Below are positions 1 to 14,700 of a DNA stretch of 64,000 nt, piece by piece. The notes below the pieces were generated by a model. The model had not been told where the DNA came from and did no database searches. It saw nothing but the letters and a program-made list of their open reading frames with translations. How positions within the stretch are numbered: position 1 is the first letter of the stretch; each line of letters opens with the position of its first letter. The DNA is taken from positions 71,523 to 135,522 of the forward strand of contig NMRA01000811.1 of assembly GCA_002633005.1 (NCBI GenBank), written 5' to 3'. This DNA comes from Phoronis australis (lineage: Eukaryota > Animalia > Phoronida). The translations under genes were made by a program, and so were the position numbers.

Positions 1-165
1 GGCATGATGAAAACTCTTCTTGAGGATAACTTCAAGAAGGACTTGACGTTCATCCAGCAGGTGCCGCTGTTGTATGGAGACTTCCGTACAGCCCTGGATG
101 AGGGTGAGCCCAGGCTGTATGAAGACTTGCAGGATTATGAGGCAATCAAAGCCATATTCACTGAG
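1..165 (+). CDS. DNAH10: DNAH10 exon (5'-truncated)
   Basis: Frame 1 ...[33 protein letters not shown], donor GT at 166. Confidence 0.9.
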
Positions 166-3100
166 GTATAGTTTGTTTCTGGTTCTAGAAAAATTTCTCA
201 GTCAAAATCGTAGTTTCTCGTGAAAATAGGGAAAGCACCTAAACCATTCAGAAAATTTCTGGAAAAATGCAGAAGGCATGATTTTTGAATGTGCATCTTG
301 GGAAACATCTTGTTGCCAGGGAACTTCTGCTTAATTACTCTGAAGCTTAATTGACTGTACTTCGGGAGCAAGTTTTCTGTTATACAGAATTTGTTGAATG
401 CACGACACTTTTCATTGTTCACGGTCTTTATTCCGTTGCGTTCATACTTTCTGAACAAAACTCTACTCTCAACTGAACATAGATACAGTAACAAATTCTG
501 AAGCTTAATTGAGCAATAAGTGCGATTAGTCAAAGTGTAATAATTCACGAATTATTCCCTTTAGATCCTGGAAGAATACAATGACCGCCACACAGCCATG
601 AACTTGGTGTTGTTCGACGATGCACTGGAGCATTTGACCCGTGTCCATCGCGTCATTCGCATGGACCAGGGCCACGCCCTTCTTGTCGGCGTCGGTGGCA
701 GTGGTAAGCAGAGTCTCACCCGATTGGCTGCCTTCACTGCTGGATGCGAGGTATTCGAGATCACCCTAAGTCGAGGCTACAATGAGAACAACTTTCGCGA
801 CGACCTGAAAATACTGTACAACATGTTGGGCATGGAGAATAAGAAGGTTGTGTTCTTGTTCACTGATCAACATGTGGCCGAGGAGGGCTTCCTTGAGCTC
901 ATCAACAACATGTTGACATCTGGCATGGTGCCAGCACTCTACCCTGATGATGAGAAGGAGGGGATTATTGGCAATGTAAGTAGTTAATACGTGCTTTTAT
1001 TGAATGTAGGGAACTGATGGAAACGGAATGTATGTTGACGTCTGGCATGGTGCTGGCGCTCTACCCAAATGCATGTCGTTGATATGCACATGTAAATTAT
1101 ATGAACTGCCTAGTTTGTTGTATTTTGTATCCTACAGTAGACCCTTTAAGAACAATGATGACTTTGTGCTCTCAGTACATCAGACACTGTATTATTTTTA
1201 TGTAATGAATGCTTTTTAAATAAAACCAGATTAAAATTGTTAATAATTAAGCCACAAAGTTTAAACAACCCATGTTAAGTGGACATTGTATATTAATAAG
1301 TTTCCAATAATGACTTTATGTATGCTACATAATGCTATTGTGTTGGACTGACTGTGCAGTTCTAATCACTGCAGTCTAGTTGTCAAAACCTCTATTTTTG
1401 TAGTTTTTGATCTCTTTTATAGTTATTTGACGCTAATGTTTACTTGACTTTTTCAGATTCGAAACGAGGCCTCCAAAGAAGGGTTTGGCCCCGCCCGTGA
1501 GAGCATTTGGCAATATTTTGTTACCAAGTGTGCCAACAACCTTCACATTGTTATGGCCATGTCACCCGTTGGTGAGGTATTGAGGACACGTTGTCGTAAC
1601 TTCCCAGGCATGGTCAACAACGCTAGTATTGACTGGTTCTTCCCATGGCCAGAGCAGGCCTTGTTCGCTGTGGCAGGAGTGTTTATATCCCCTGACGTAA
1701 GTGCATCATTGGTCAACAGCTTGTGTATAATGGAGGACAAGTACGGTAAAATCTTATCTCTTACGGACAAAAATAATTGCCAAAATTGGTCTTGTTTTCA
1801 TTTTTCTAAAGCTTCTAATATTGTTTTTTAGATGTCCATGATTTCTCAGAAACATTGTCTGGCATTAGTTATGGCAAAAACTTTTAAAATGGTGTAGTTT
1901 TAATGGCATGGTTCATTTGGTGTTATTTATCTTTTATTGAAAAATGAAATCAGAAAAATTCACTTTGTCCTTAATCGGTGAGATTTTCCTGTAACAGCTT
2001 ATTGTGGCATTCATTGCAAAAACATTACTCTGTTTGGACTGATTGTGCTTATATTTATGACATTTTCAATTCATCACAAATTGTTCTACTCTTTTGAAAG
2101 CTGAATCTTATATAATGTTTTAATTTTTTAGTTTTTTGTCTCACGTTTTTGTCATGACACCTGATACCTCAATGGAATGTTTTTTTCTTTAACTGTGGAT
2201 ACTTGACACTTGATTTAAGAAATTTGAAGCCTGTATTAATTTGAAGAAATGTGGTAGCTGTAGTTTTGTTAACAATACTGTCAATTGTCACTCAGAATCC
2301 GTTGATCCCTGAGGAGCACCGTGATGGTATAGTCAAGCACATCGTCAAAGTACACCAGGTGGTGGGCGACTTCAGCGTCACATTCCTGCGAAAGCTGCGC
2401 CGTGCCAACTTTGTGACCCCCAAGAATTACCTGGACTTTGTGACCACGTATACCAAGCTACTGCAGGAGAAAGATGACTACATTAATGCTCTGGTCAGTA
2501 CTGATACACAAGGAAATGAAAAACGTAGTTTGGAATTTTCATTTGATTTAGATTTTATGGCAACTGAAATTAAAGCAAATCTGGAATTTCATTTTTCATT
2601 TAAATTGAGAAACACTTATTGAAATAAAAAATACTATATTCTTCCATAACCCCCTATCTGTTTTCAGACTTTACTGAAATAAGTGCCCACCCCATGAACC
2701 TGTACGTGTGAAACAAAGAAATTCAGCACAACAATGTGGAATTTTCCTATCAACACAACTTAATAGGGCGAGTAGTGTAGTTGAAAATTATAGGAAATGA
2801 TCCTTTTCTTGTACTTATGAGTTAAAATCTGATGTCTATCTTTAGTGCCAACGTCTAGATGGTGGTCTGCAGAAGATTGCAGAAGCTCGTGTCCAGCTAA
2901 ACGAACTGAACGAAAAACTGGCCGTCCAGAAGGTGGCTGTGACAGAGAAGACAGCAGCTTGTGAGAAACTCTTGGAGGTGATTGCCAAGAGCTCAAGTCA
3001 GGCATCGGAGAAGAAAGAGCTAGCCGTCGCTAAGGGGAAAGAGATTGAGGAACAGAGCAAGATTATTGTTGTAGAGAAGGTGAGATGGGAAACCCATTGT

Positions 3101-6100
3101 AGTCTCTAAAGAACAATGAGTTGCTAACACTTATGCTTGTAATTTTAGTAAGCTAATGTATTTGCCAACAGGAAGTTGAAAAGATTTGTAGCAGTTAGTA
3201 AAGAATCTGTTGATAACACTCTGATCAGTCATTACAGTCGAGACAATTGTGGTTGGCTAAGCTATGCTGTCATCAGTTGCAGACCTTGGTGTTTATCCTG
3301 TCTGGGATTGAACAGTGTTGGTTGTTTGTCAGTCAGTTTGCCACTGTGTTCCTTGTGTGTGTGGTTGACCAGTATCAGTTGTGTATCAATATCACCCTAC
3401 TGACTCTTCCCTTTACTTTTACAGAAAGAAGCTGAAGATGCCCTGGCGGAGGCCTTGCCTGCCCTTGAAGCTGCCAGACTGGCCCTTGATGACCTTGATA
3501 AGTCTGATGTAACAGAAATCAGGTGAGAGTGTTGTGTGATTTACAAAATAAACTTCGGTTGACAGTATTATTCAAATGTAATTAAGGTTGCTGGATCGAT
3601 TTTATGCTCTTTTGACAAAGACAGAGTTTAGATGTCGATGCAATGAAATTGTCACTTGCAACCAAGAACAAGCTGTAGCAAGACGAAGGTGATAACAATG
3701 CACATGAAAAGTCTGTTGGGAAATCGCTTTGTGCTTTGCTTGTAAGATTCCTGATTTAGGGGAATTGTCATGTATTTGATTTTCGATATTTACCTTTTCT
3801 CCATCCAGGTCCTTTGCAAAGCCCCCTAAGCCTGTGCAAGTGGTTCTCGAGTGCATTGTGGTGATCCGGGGTATCAAAGAGGTCTCGTGGAAGTCTGCCA
3901 AAGCTATGATGGCTGAAGCTAACTTCCTCAAGTCATTGACAGAGATGGACGTGGATGCCATTACAATGAAACAAGTCTCCACTGTAAAAGGTATGTTTTG
4001 GTTTGTGTTTTGTTGATATGTTGACTGATTAAACTGTAAATTAACATGATTTCATTGTTCACGGTTAAGGAATTAGTCATGCTATAAAAATGTAGTTTTG
4101 ATGGAACATTTTACATGAATATTTTAGTGGTTTACAATTTCATTTCTGCAGCCAGCAGTATACTTTCTGTTATAACTAGCATATTCGGCATCTTTATACT
4201 GTGCGCAGTGGGCATCTCACTACCTGATTGCTTTGCTTGAATACTATTCATTGAGCATGAGTCATTCTGTATTGTTGCAATCTGCCAATAGATGTCTCCT
4301 GCCAAGTGCTCTAAAGCTACAATTATGTACTTGTTATCTCGTAGGTTTCATGAAGGAGGCTGACTTGAACCTTGAAGACATGAAAGTGATCAGTAAGGCT
4401 GGTGCCGGTCTATTCAAGTTTGTTGATGCAGTCATGGGTTACTGTGCTGTAGCGAGGGAGATCAAACCAAAGAGGGAAAAGGTACTCCTTGAATCATGTC
4501 TTCACAAGGATTTTTGTTCACGACAATCTTATTAGAATTAGACATGGAGCTAGTGAAATCCACGGGTTATATTTAGTTGTTTTTAAACATGTCACTGTGC
4601 TGTTGGTATTCAGAGCAAGTGTAATCATGAGAGTTGTAAGAGTGTGGCGATCAGAAAAATGGCTTTGTTAAGAAGTTTGTCTTTCCAGTGGCATTCTGAA
4701 AACAAATTTTTCTTGCCTAATTTCCTTGAAAGTTGACTATCAAGTCACTAATGCCAGTACATGGTTGGTGTTCACATAATTCCACATTTTAGTAACAGTT
4801 AACATATCTGGCTAGTGCACACCACGGACCACCAGGGGGCACAACTTTAGCATGATTTGGGTAAGATCAATGATTGTCAGAAAATTTGTGAATCAGCTGA
4901 CTACACACTTCTCTGAATTAATCCTCTTATGGTTTGTCATGGGTTCATGTGGTAATAGTTCACCCTACTCTCCACCAGGTGGCGCGTCTGGAGCGTAACT
5001 ACCACCAGGCAAAGCGTGACCTTGACAAGATTAACAAGGAGGTTGAGAAGCTAGAGAACGAGCTGGCAGAACTCTCCCGTCAATACGAGGAAGCTATGGC
5101 CTCCAGACAGAAGTTACAAGAGGAGGCAGAGATTATGGAGAGGAGGTTGATAGCTGCTGATAAGCTCATTTCTGGTCTCGGCTCAGAGAGCGTACGGTGA
5201 GTAGGCTTTGGGCTTACACTCATATGATTTTTGGAATTTAGTTTCCAGTGATTAAATTTTTATGCATTTTTATTTACCTGTCTCTGTGGCTTCTAAATCC
5301 TAGATCCACACACCCATTTTCTAACTTGTTTGTTCTTTATGAACATGTTAGATTGTTGCATGGTGTGCTGGATTATTGGGCAAAAACTATTTTTGTTGTC
5401 ATTGGTAACATTTTATGAAGCTTAGAATTATTGTTTGGAATTAGTGCAATGTTCAAATTTGGATGAGGTTCTGTGAGTGTACTATACTTTGTTTAATGAT
5501 TTTTTTCCTTTTTTAACCTTTTGATTTCATAGTGACACAAATTGAAAAGTGCAGATATTCATTGCAGAGAAATATCACTCAAAGATGTGAGAATTTGCTG
5601 GCTTGTGATGATGTGATTGAATCTCTCATTCTGATTTACATCTGTGCTTCAGATGGAACAAAGAACTTGCCGAGTTGAAGGAACAACGCATCAAACTGTT
5701 GGGAGACTGTCTGATTGGCTCAGGCTTCCTCAGTTATGTGGGCGCGTTCAGCTGGGAGTTTCGTAACGACATGGTCTATTCAGTATGGCTGGATAATGTG
5801 CGAGAGCTCAACATACCCATCAGTGACCCGTATAAACTGGAGGATTTATTGACCAATGATGTCGAGTGTAGCAAGTGAGATTTGTTGACTAGTTTTTGTA
5901 GGTGAAATAGCATTATCACTGTCTGATATTGTGGTATTGAGTGCTGCAAGTAGCATTTGTTGAGTAGTTCCTGTTGGTGAAACGGCGTTATCGTTATCTG
6001 ATAGTGTGATATTGAGTGCTGCAAGTAGGGTTTGTTGAGTATCTCCTGTTGGTGGAAAGCTTTAGCGCCAACGCTGTTTAACCACGTCCTGCAACTGGAA

Positions 6101-6344
6101 CTGTACATGAAAAGTGATAGAAACTTGGGAGACTGCATATAGCAAATGGGGAAAGGAATGCATTCCTTGAAACAGTGGAATGTAGAGCCATATTCTGTCT
6201 TGAGGAGTCCTAGTTTCATTGTAAACAAATTGCATGGGTGATTTGTGTATTATTGATGTAACGTTATGGGTTATATCCCAGTATTTACATCTACAGTCAG
6301 TACAGTCGTCATCATTCTCATCATCATCATCATCATTCTCATCG

Positions 6345-6381
<37 letters not shown>

Positions 6382-8664
6382 CGTGGTCATCATTATTGTA
6401 ACCACCTTGCATTGTGTAAATGTATTTTGTAACTTGATGTTTTCGTCCATTTGACTAATCACCACCTAATTGTCACTCTTGATCTACCTGCTAGGTGGAC
6501 GTCAGAGGGCCTACCTCCTGATGAGTTGTCCATCCAGAATGGTATACTGACCACACGAGCTAGTCGGTTCCCCCTTTGTATTGACCCTCAACAACAGGCT
6601 CTCAACTGGATACGCAAAAAAGAGGAACCAAACAACCTGAAGGTAATTTGAGCTTGGACTTAATGAAAGGTCATACATGCAGTTACAGCTGGGTCAAATC
6701 AAAATTACTGCAAACTAGACTAAATCAAGTTTGTATAGGCAAATATTGTCTCAGAAACAATTGGTGAATTCTACTTGGTGTTATCATGTACAATTGACCT
6801 TTCGCCAGGATTTTGAATGATGGCTTAACTGACCAATCAGAACGCAGCATTCTTGATGCTCCTTCATTTCCAAGCCGCCATTTTACCTGACAGACTTACG
6901 TTGCGGGTAAAACTTATTATTTGTTCGACATATTGCAAGGTGTCGGAGCTTGTGATAGGTCAATTAGGAATCCTAACTCCACTTACTAAAAAGCTCAACA
7001 CAAGCTCTGAGGGGGGCACTGTGTGCAGCCTTATGGGTGTAACAGAATTCCTAAAAATATGTTCATTGGTTCATTGAAATACCTTTATCACAATCATATT
7101 AATTAATTTTTGTTTGCTATCTCTTGTAGATTTGCACGTTTAATGACAGTGACTTTCTGAAACAGCTGGAGTTGGCCATCAAGTATGGCTTCCCGTTCCT
7201 ATTTAAGGATGTAGACGAGTACATTGATCCTGTCATTGATAATGTGTTGGAGAAGAATATCAAAGGTGAGTGCTGATAGATCTTTGTGTATTGGTGAGAG
7301 ACCACTGGTCACTGATCAGATGACAAAGTAATGAATTGCTAAAAGTGCGAGGCTCTAATGGACTGTTTATAGCAAAAGCAGTAAACCATTTCAAGCATTT
7401 CGTCTGTGTTAGAGAAATAAACAGAAACATACGAGTTTCGCTTAAATTTGCATTCTGGGAAAGTCCAGTGACTTAAGTTGCGCTCAAGATGTTGTCTCTC
7501 TGTTTTCCTCCTATTTCTATTTAGTAGTAATGACTTCATCTGATTTGGTTTGTTCTCCTTTTCTATATGATGAGTTTAAAAACCACCATAGTCGCATGTA
7601 TCGGGGTGGTTTCTTTGATTTCGACCAATCTCAACTTTACCGAATTTTCTATTGTGGAAGTGAAGACGTCAGACTTAGCGTGGAATTTCTTTCTGGGTTT
7701 GTTTGACAAACTAAGCTTGCCTGTTTATTGCATTTTGTGTACCGAAATTTCCAAGTACTTGTCTTTATTGTAAAATGTGTTACAACTTATGTTCACATTA
7801 AATCTGAGTCCTCCGTCTCACTGCAAACAATAACATGAATGTACCAAGCTAGTGTTACTGATATGGCATGTAACCTTACGTAACCTGTTTGATGATGAAT
7901 TTTACATACTTGAGCATGAATCTAATTGTCAAAAGTACAGTTGTTTCCTTTGTGTTAATGGTCTCCTTGTATTTCACCTTGTGGTTCACTTCAACTTGTC
8001 TCGTTTTTTTGTTTCCAGTTGAGGGTAAAGTGACTTGATTGTAAAGTATTGTTACAAGTTATATCGCTTAATCTCTTTGTTGCTACGGTAACTTGCAACC
8101 AATTTGCAATTATTCTAGGCCTTTATTGCAAAATGTTTTAGTTGTTTAGAATTTAACTACCTGCATTGTTTAGTTCTTTGTTACTTTTATGCATGAAAGA
8201 CAGTACTCTTTCTCTCCTCCTTTATATGTTTCTTATAATACCTGTGAAGAGCACAGTAATCTGAATCCTGCTTTAGTTAATTAGACTACCATATGTTAGT
8301 CAGGGGCGAATCCAGGATTTTGACCTGTCCAGGAAGTCAGACAATAGGCAAACCTGGGTAATTCTAATTGCACCATTACCCCGTCTGGATACGCACCTGT
8401 ACTTTGCAATTTCTATTTTTTTTCATTTTATTTTATTTTATGCTTTCATGGTACAAACCTTTACACTGCATCTATCTGCTGCTTTCAAGACAAACTGGAC
8501 TAACATTGAGGACGAGCGAAGCTTCTGCAGTAGACATAGGATTTATGACCTTGAGAACCATTTTAGTTTGACAATATCAGTTATTAATTAGACATTTGTC
8601 CATTGGCATGTTACCACCAGCTCACACCCACACGTGCACCCACACACTCTCACACACACACACA

Positions 8665-8762
<98 letters not shown>

Positions 8763-11700
8763 CAATTGCTGGTTGAAAGTAGTGGCTGCTCAGGTTATGC
8801 ACTACCTGTTTTCCAAACTGTCACCACCACTTAACATTAGGCACATGCTCCCTACATTAGACATTACCACATTTTCCTTTCATACTCAATCACATATTGT
8901 CAGTCCTTCACACACAGAGTCAGACCAATAACTCGGGTTTCCTCCACAGGTGGCCAAGGTCGTGAATTCATCATGCTGGGGGACAAGGAAGTCGACTACG
9001 ATCCAAACTTCAGGCTCTACCTCAACACCAAGCTGGCCAACCCCAAGTACACACCCGCCCACTTTGGCAAGTCTATGGTCATCAACTACACAGTCACACT
9101 GAAGGTAAGCCGTGGCCAAGGGGAGAAATGATAACTGTCATCATAGAAATGATCACAAGTCTGGTCTTCACGCCACCTGTTGGCCACATCACGTAACCTG
9201 ATGAACAAAACATTTCTGCCCCCACCATGCAAACAATCTAGTCTACTGAGCCATCGGCACCACTGGTTGAACACAGAAATCTAATCAGAGATAGCACTGG
9301 GCACAGTGTAAACCAGACTTAAAAGTGTTTGTGATTGTGTTCATTAGGTCACTTGATGTGGTCAACAGGTGGCGTGTAGGCCAGACTTAAAAATGTTTGC
9401 AATCTACATTCCCACGCTGGTTCAAGATTTGCATATATCATAGTAATAAATTTTAATCAAAATTACAGTTTTTTATAGTAGTGGAATAGATTTATTAAAA
9501 GATTATGGAATAATAACAAAAAATCCGTTCTTTGCCATTTATTTTAACGTTTGTGATTATGAAACAGTCTTTCCGGAAGTTTCATCTGCAAGGTCTGTGG
9601 GCATTATGACCCCTGGGAAAATATGCGGGAAAGATTGATTGGTGAAGGACAGTAATGGTATGCCTGATATGAGACTGTGTAAGACTCGATGAACTTGTAA
9701 CACTAATGATCATATGCAAAGTGATTTAAAAATTTCGTAGAGAACAGTGATCTCTCATTACAAAATACGAAATGTTTCCTGGAAATTGTTTACTACCTGC
9801 AAATCTTAACGTCATACTTCTTTGTGAGCAAGGGTCGTTTCGTTTTTGCTCGAACAGTATGGCCCAAAAATCACCTATTGTCGTTTTGTTTTCCTAAGTG
9901 TTTAATTTTAAGAACCATCTTCTTCATCATTTTGTGTTTTCTGCAGGGCCTTGAAGATCAGTTGCTCAGTGTCATTGTCAAGTTTGAGCGTAAAGAGCTG
10001 GAGGAGCAGCGAGAGCGCCTCATTCAGGAGACTAGTGACAACAAGAAGCTGTTGAAAGATCTGGAAGACTCCCTTCTGAGAGAGCTGGCCACATCTACTG
10101 GCAACATGTTGGACAACACTGATCTGATCTCAACACTGGAGGAGACCAAAACCAAGGCCACAGAGGTATTTGTTCACTACTTAATAAGAAATTTTAAGAT
10201 AAAATGCTTGCTTCACCTCCTGTAGCAGCAGTCAGTGGCCCTGAACGTGTCTTATTGGTGGCGACTGCAAAGTTTGTGATGCTATCTAGTTTGTTAGGCC
10301 AGTCTTTACTTATGAGACTCTTGGTTTCAAAGTCTTGGTACAGATATCTTAATATATAATGCAATTTTGTCATGATAGACTGTCCCAAGTAGCCTGCTCA
10401 GGACAGTCAAAATTCCTGCTCAGCAGACTACATACAATTTCACAGCAGCACATTATTATTTGATGGCGTTAAGCTAAGAGTTGCTTAATGGATGTTTCTT
10501 TTCACTTTCTTGCTCTTTGATGGACTAGCCTACTCAAATCTGTGATAATAGCATGACTTGTCCAGTTCATAGTTCCCAAAGTCCCATGGTCATTTTGCAT
10601 TACTGTGCATTTGCTTGGTTGCTACACAGAATTAAAATCTGAACAACGGAATTAGATCAGTGTGCCTCTTGTGTTACAAGGAGATTGTCAACTCAAATGC
10701 TGAGCTATGTTTAGTCTATAACTAATTATACCCATGTGTTTTCTTTACAGGTTGCTGAGAAGCTCAAACTTGGTGCTAAGACAGCGGCCGACATAGACAA
10801 GTTACGTGACGGCTACCGACCAGCGGCCAAGCGTGGAGCCATCTTGTTCTTTGTCCTGTCCGAGATGTCGACCATCAGCAGCATGTACCAGTACTCGTTG
10901 GCTTCCTACCTGGAAGTGTTCCAACTGTCACTCAAGAAGAGCATGCCAGACTCCATTGTACAGAAGCGACTCAAGAACCTGATGGACACTCTGACTCATA
11001 ACGTGTACAACTACGGCTGCACAGGCATCTTTGAGAAGCACAAGTTGCTCTTCTCCTTCCAAATCTGTATCAAGCTGCAGCAGGACATTGGAAACGTGAC
11101 GCAGGAGGAGCTTGACTTCTTCATCAAGGTGAGGGCATGGTTGTATAGGCGGCAACGGCAGTCAAATGGGCGTTGTATGGGCGGCAGAAAGGGTCAGATG
11201 GATTCTTGTTATGGAAATTCATGAGTTTGAGGGATTCGTACTTAAGGTTAGCAATTAATTAAGAACAAGTGTTATTGAGATAAAATGAATTGAGATTTGG
11301 TTGCATGAGTGACAAGTGATATCGAATGGAATTGCAATGAGACATTGTGCATGCTTTTGGGGGCAGTTGAGGTACAAAAATTCGGATCTGTTTACATGGT
11401 GTTTTTTGTAATAGAGAAGGATGGTAGAGTTGTACAGCTGTGTTTGGTTCTAGGGTAACATCGCCCTGGAGAAGAGTAAGAGAACAAAGCCTTACAAGTG
11501 GTTCCCAGACGAGGGTTGGGAAGACTGCATCAGGCTGAACCAAGTGTTGCCAGACAAGTTTTCTTCGTTGTTGGATGACATTGAGAAGAATGAGGCCATC
11601 TGGCATGAGGTGAGTCCATGTGTGAACATGGTGTAGCAGCAGTCTTTGTTAGCTGTTAATGTAAATATTTTTTATTTATGTATTTTAAGACCACAATTTT

Positions 11701-14700
11701 TTGTGAAATATGGGTTCCAAAATTGGGGAGTCTTTTGAGGAAACAAGGACCATGTAGTTTATAGGCATTGGTAATCATCAGAAATCAAAACTAAATCAAA
11801 ACCATTTCATTTTCCATTCATAAGAGCAAATTTAATGTACTTGTGTCATGGAACATTATTCTAGTCTGATAGTTTGAAGGTGTTAAGACAGTATGCTGTT
11901 ATTGGTAATATCTTGAAAATACACCATTCCAGTCACGTTCAGATTTGTTAAGCGTTGATTTAGAAATCGAGCTGAAATGTCCCTTCCGTTTTCCAGTGGT
12001 TTGACCATGACAACCCAGAGTCGACCCCGTTCCCCATGAAGTATGAAGAGACCCTCTCCAGTTTCCAACGGCTCATGTTGCTCAGGTGTTTCCGCGTGGA
12101 CCGTATCTACCGCGCCATCACCGAGTATGTGACCCAGTGTATGGGGGAGAAGTATGTAACGCCACCTATCATCAGCTTTGAGAATATCTTTGAGCAGAGC
12201 AGCCCCATGTCTCCCATCGTGTTCATCCTCAGCCCTGGCTCCGACCCTGCCAGTGACCTTTCTAAGCTGGCTGAGAGGAGCGGCTTTGGCACAAACAAAC
12301 TCAAGTTCTTGTCCATGGGTCAAGGTCAGGAGAAGGTAATATTGTGTGATAGAGTAATGTGTTGGAACAGCTTTTCTGTGCTAGCTCACTGGATGCAGTG
12401 TTTGTCAATTTTCTGTTTAATTATTGCATATAAGAAACACCAGCTTGTGCAATGAATTTATCGCCAAACCTGGCCCTTATCTTTTGTTACAGAACTTTTA
12501 AGGAATTTGAGCTTAAAACCATGCAGACATATGTATCAAAGATTACATTTTTTACCTAACTTTTACCACTAACTTCACAGCATGTCATATTTGAACAACA
12601 AAGGGAAGACTTTCTTATGTTTTTAAATCAATAAGCCTCTTGACGTGGGTTTTATTAAATGAATAGGAAATGTGACAGTCAAGCGATTCTTGAGACATCA
12701 GTGGTCATGTGCAGTGTCCAAAATATGGTTTGTGCTTGAGGTTCATTGCACAAGCTGGTCATCTATTATGAGCACGACAACTTAGTGTGGAAAGTGATTA
12801 CTACTGTACAGAATGAGCATGATTTTGTGAGGAAACAGATTATTTTACTAGAAACTGCTTAAGCTGAATGTAGAAAGTAAGAAATCAATCTCACAAGATA
12901 TGAAATTCAATGCCGGTCTGATTTTAATCTGCCAAAGCTTAACTGAGATTTTTACTTGAAGTATTACATTAATGAACACCTGGATATGTCTATCAATTTT
13001 TTGAAGTATCATAGTGGTTGTCGTCAGTGTCCTCATTTTTTGTTCTTTACTTTACTGTATTCCATCATAGCACTTGTCATTGGTTCCAGATTGCCCTCCA
13101 ACTACTGGAGACTGCCATTGCCCGGGGCCAATGGCTGATGCTGCAGAACTGCCATCTGTTGGTGAAGTGGCTGCTTGAGCTTGAGAAGGAGCTGGAAAAA
13201 CTGAACAAGCCTCACCCTGACTTCAGGCTCTGGTTGACCACTGACCCCACACCATCATTCCCTATAGGCATCCTACAGAGGTCATTTAAGGTGAAGTAGC
13301 TTTGACTGACCTCTGTCCATGCACTATCCTTCCCTACCGGCATCTTACAGAAGCCACTTAAAAGTGTAGTGACAGAGCATGGAAGAGTCCTTTCATTGTG
13401 AGATTTCGGTAGTAAAGAAAAGGGTCATCTTTTTATTATCTGAATATTGTTTACCAGCGTGCCTTAGATTATTAATTAGTTATGCATTAGTATCATCATG
13501 TTATTGACATTAAAATGGCTCATACGTCTGATACCTCTTCAAAATCACAGACTGTCTTTTATCATGAATGTTTGATCTGCAGGTTGTCACAGAACCCCCT
13601 AATGGCCTGAAGCTGAACTTGCGCAGCACATACTTCAAGATCAGCGCGCAGATGTTACAAGAGTGCGAGCATGAGGCGTTCCGCCCTCTGGTGTTCGATC
13701 TGGCCTTCTTCCACGCCGTCGTGCAAGAGAGGCGCAAGTATGGCAAGATTGGCTGGAACGTACCGTATGACTTCAACGAGTCGGACTTCAGAGTCTGCAT
13801 GCAGATTCTCGGCACTTACCTGACAAAATCGTATGAGCAAGGCGATACCAAGATTCCATGGGGAAGTCTCAAGTACCTGATTGGAGAGGTAAGGGATTTG
13901 TGCGGTTATTCAAGCAGTCCTCGCATTCTATGTAACTGCTCAGAAGCAACTGAAGATATGACGATGTATGTGCTTAGGTTTTTGAATGCCAGTCAGCGAG
14001 TGAAGTAAATCTTCTAGGAATTTTGGCTAAGAGTGTACTCACTGGCATACATCATTTTTGTCTTATCTTTATTTTTTCTAAATTGAAATCCAGTTTTCAT
14101 CTAAAATTGAACTTTCAGTAGCGTGTTTTTGGGAATGATAAGAGATATAATTTTGCAGAAGGTGTACTGGAATTTGCAGCTGTCTGGTGATTAGTGTTGG
14201 GGTATTTAGGCAACAGGCAGTTCAGGTTGTATTGATAGTAGTGATTAATTATCTATACATTTTAGGCAAATGTGACTTTTTGCATGAATGTTATTCAAAT
14301 TTTTATCAAATTCTTTCCAAACACTTTTCATTAGTACAGTCACTTTGCTCTCGTCCAGGTGATGTACGGAGGTCGTGCCATTGATGACTTTGACCGTCGC
14401 ATCCTGCGCACATACATGGATGAATACATGGGAGACTATATCTTTGACACTTTCCAACCTTTCCACTTCTTCCACAACGCTGAGGTTGACTACAAGATCC
14501 CGGAGGACGGCCCGAGGGATAACTACACTGGTATGGGACTTTGTTAAGATTGATAAATGTATTTATCGTAATCTATTTTGCCCGCGGTATGTCACGAGCT
14601 ATTTTGTAGAATAAAACAAGATGAGGACTGCGAATAATGTCATTTATTAGAAATGCAAAATAAACTCTTAAGGGCTGATATAAAAGTAAAATTGTCAAAT

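Noticed and set aside
6062-6465. Poly-Asp, poly-Ile and poly-Met ORFs
   Set aside because: Translations of the intronic (ATC)n microsatellite.
6790-6945. Possible small MITE with CCAATCAG and GCCGCCATTTT motifs
   Set aside because: Termini too degenerate to define; noted only as a CpG-richer patch.
8596-8931. His-Thr repeat ORFs
   Set aside because: Translation of the (CA)n microsatellite.
10928-13840. Antisense ORFs over DNAH10 exons
   Set aside because: Shadow frames of GC3-rich coding exons.
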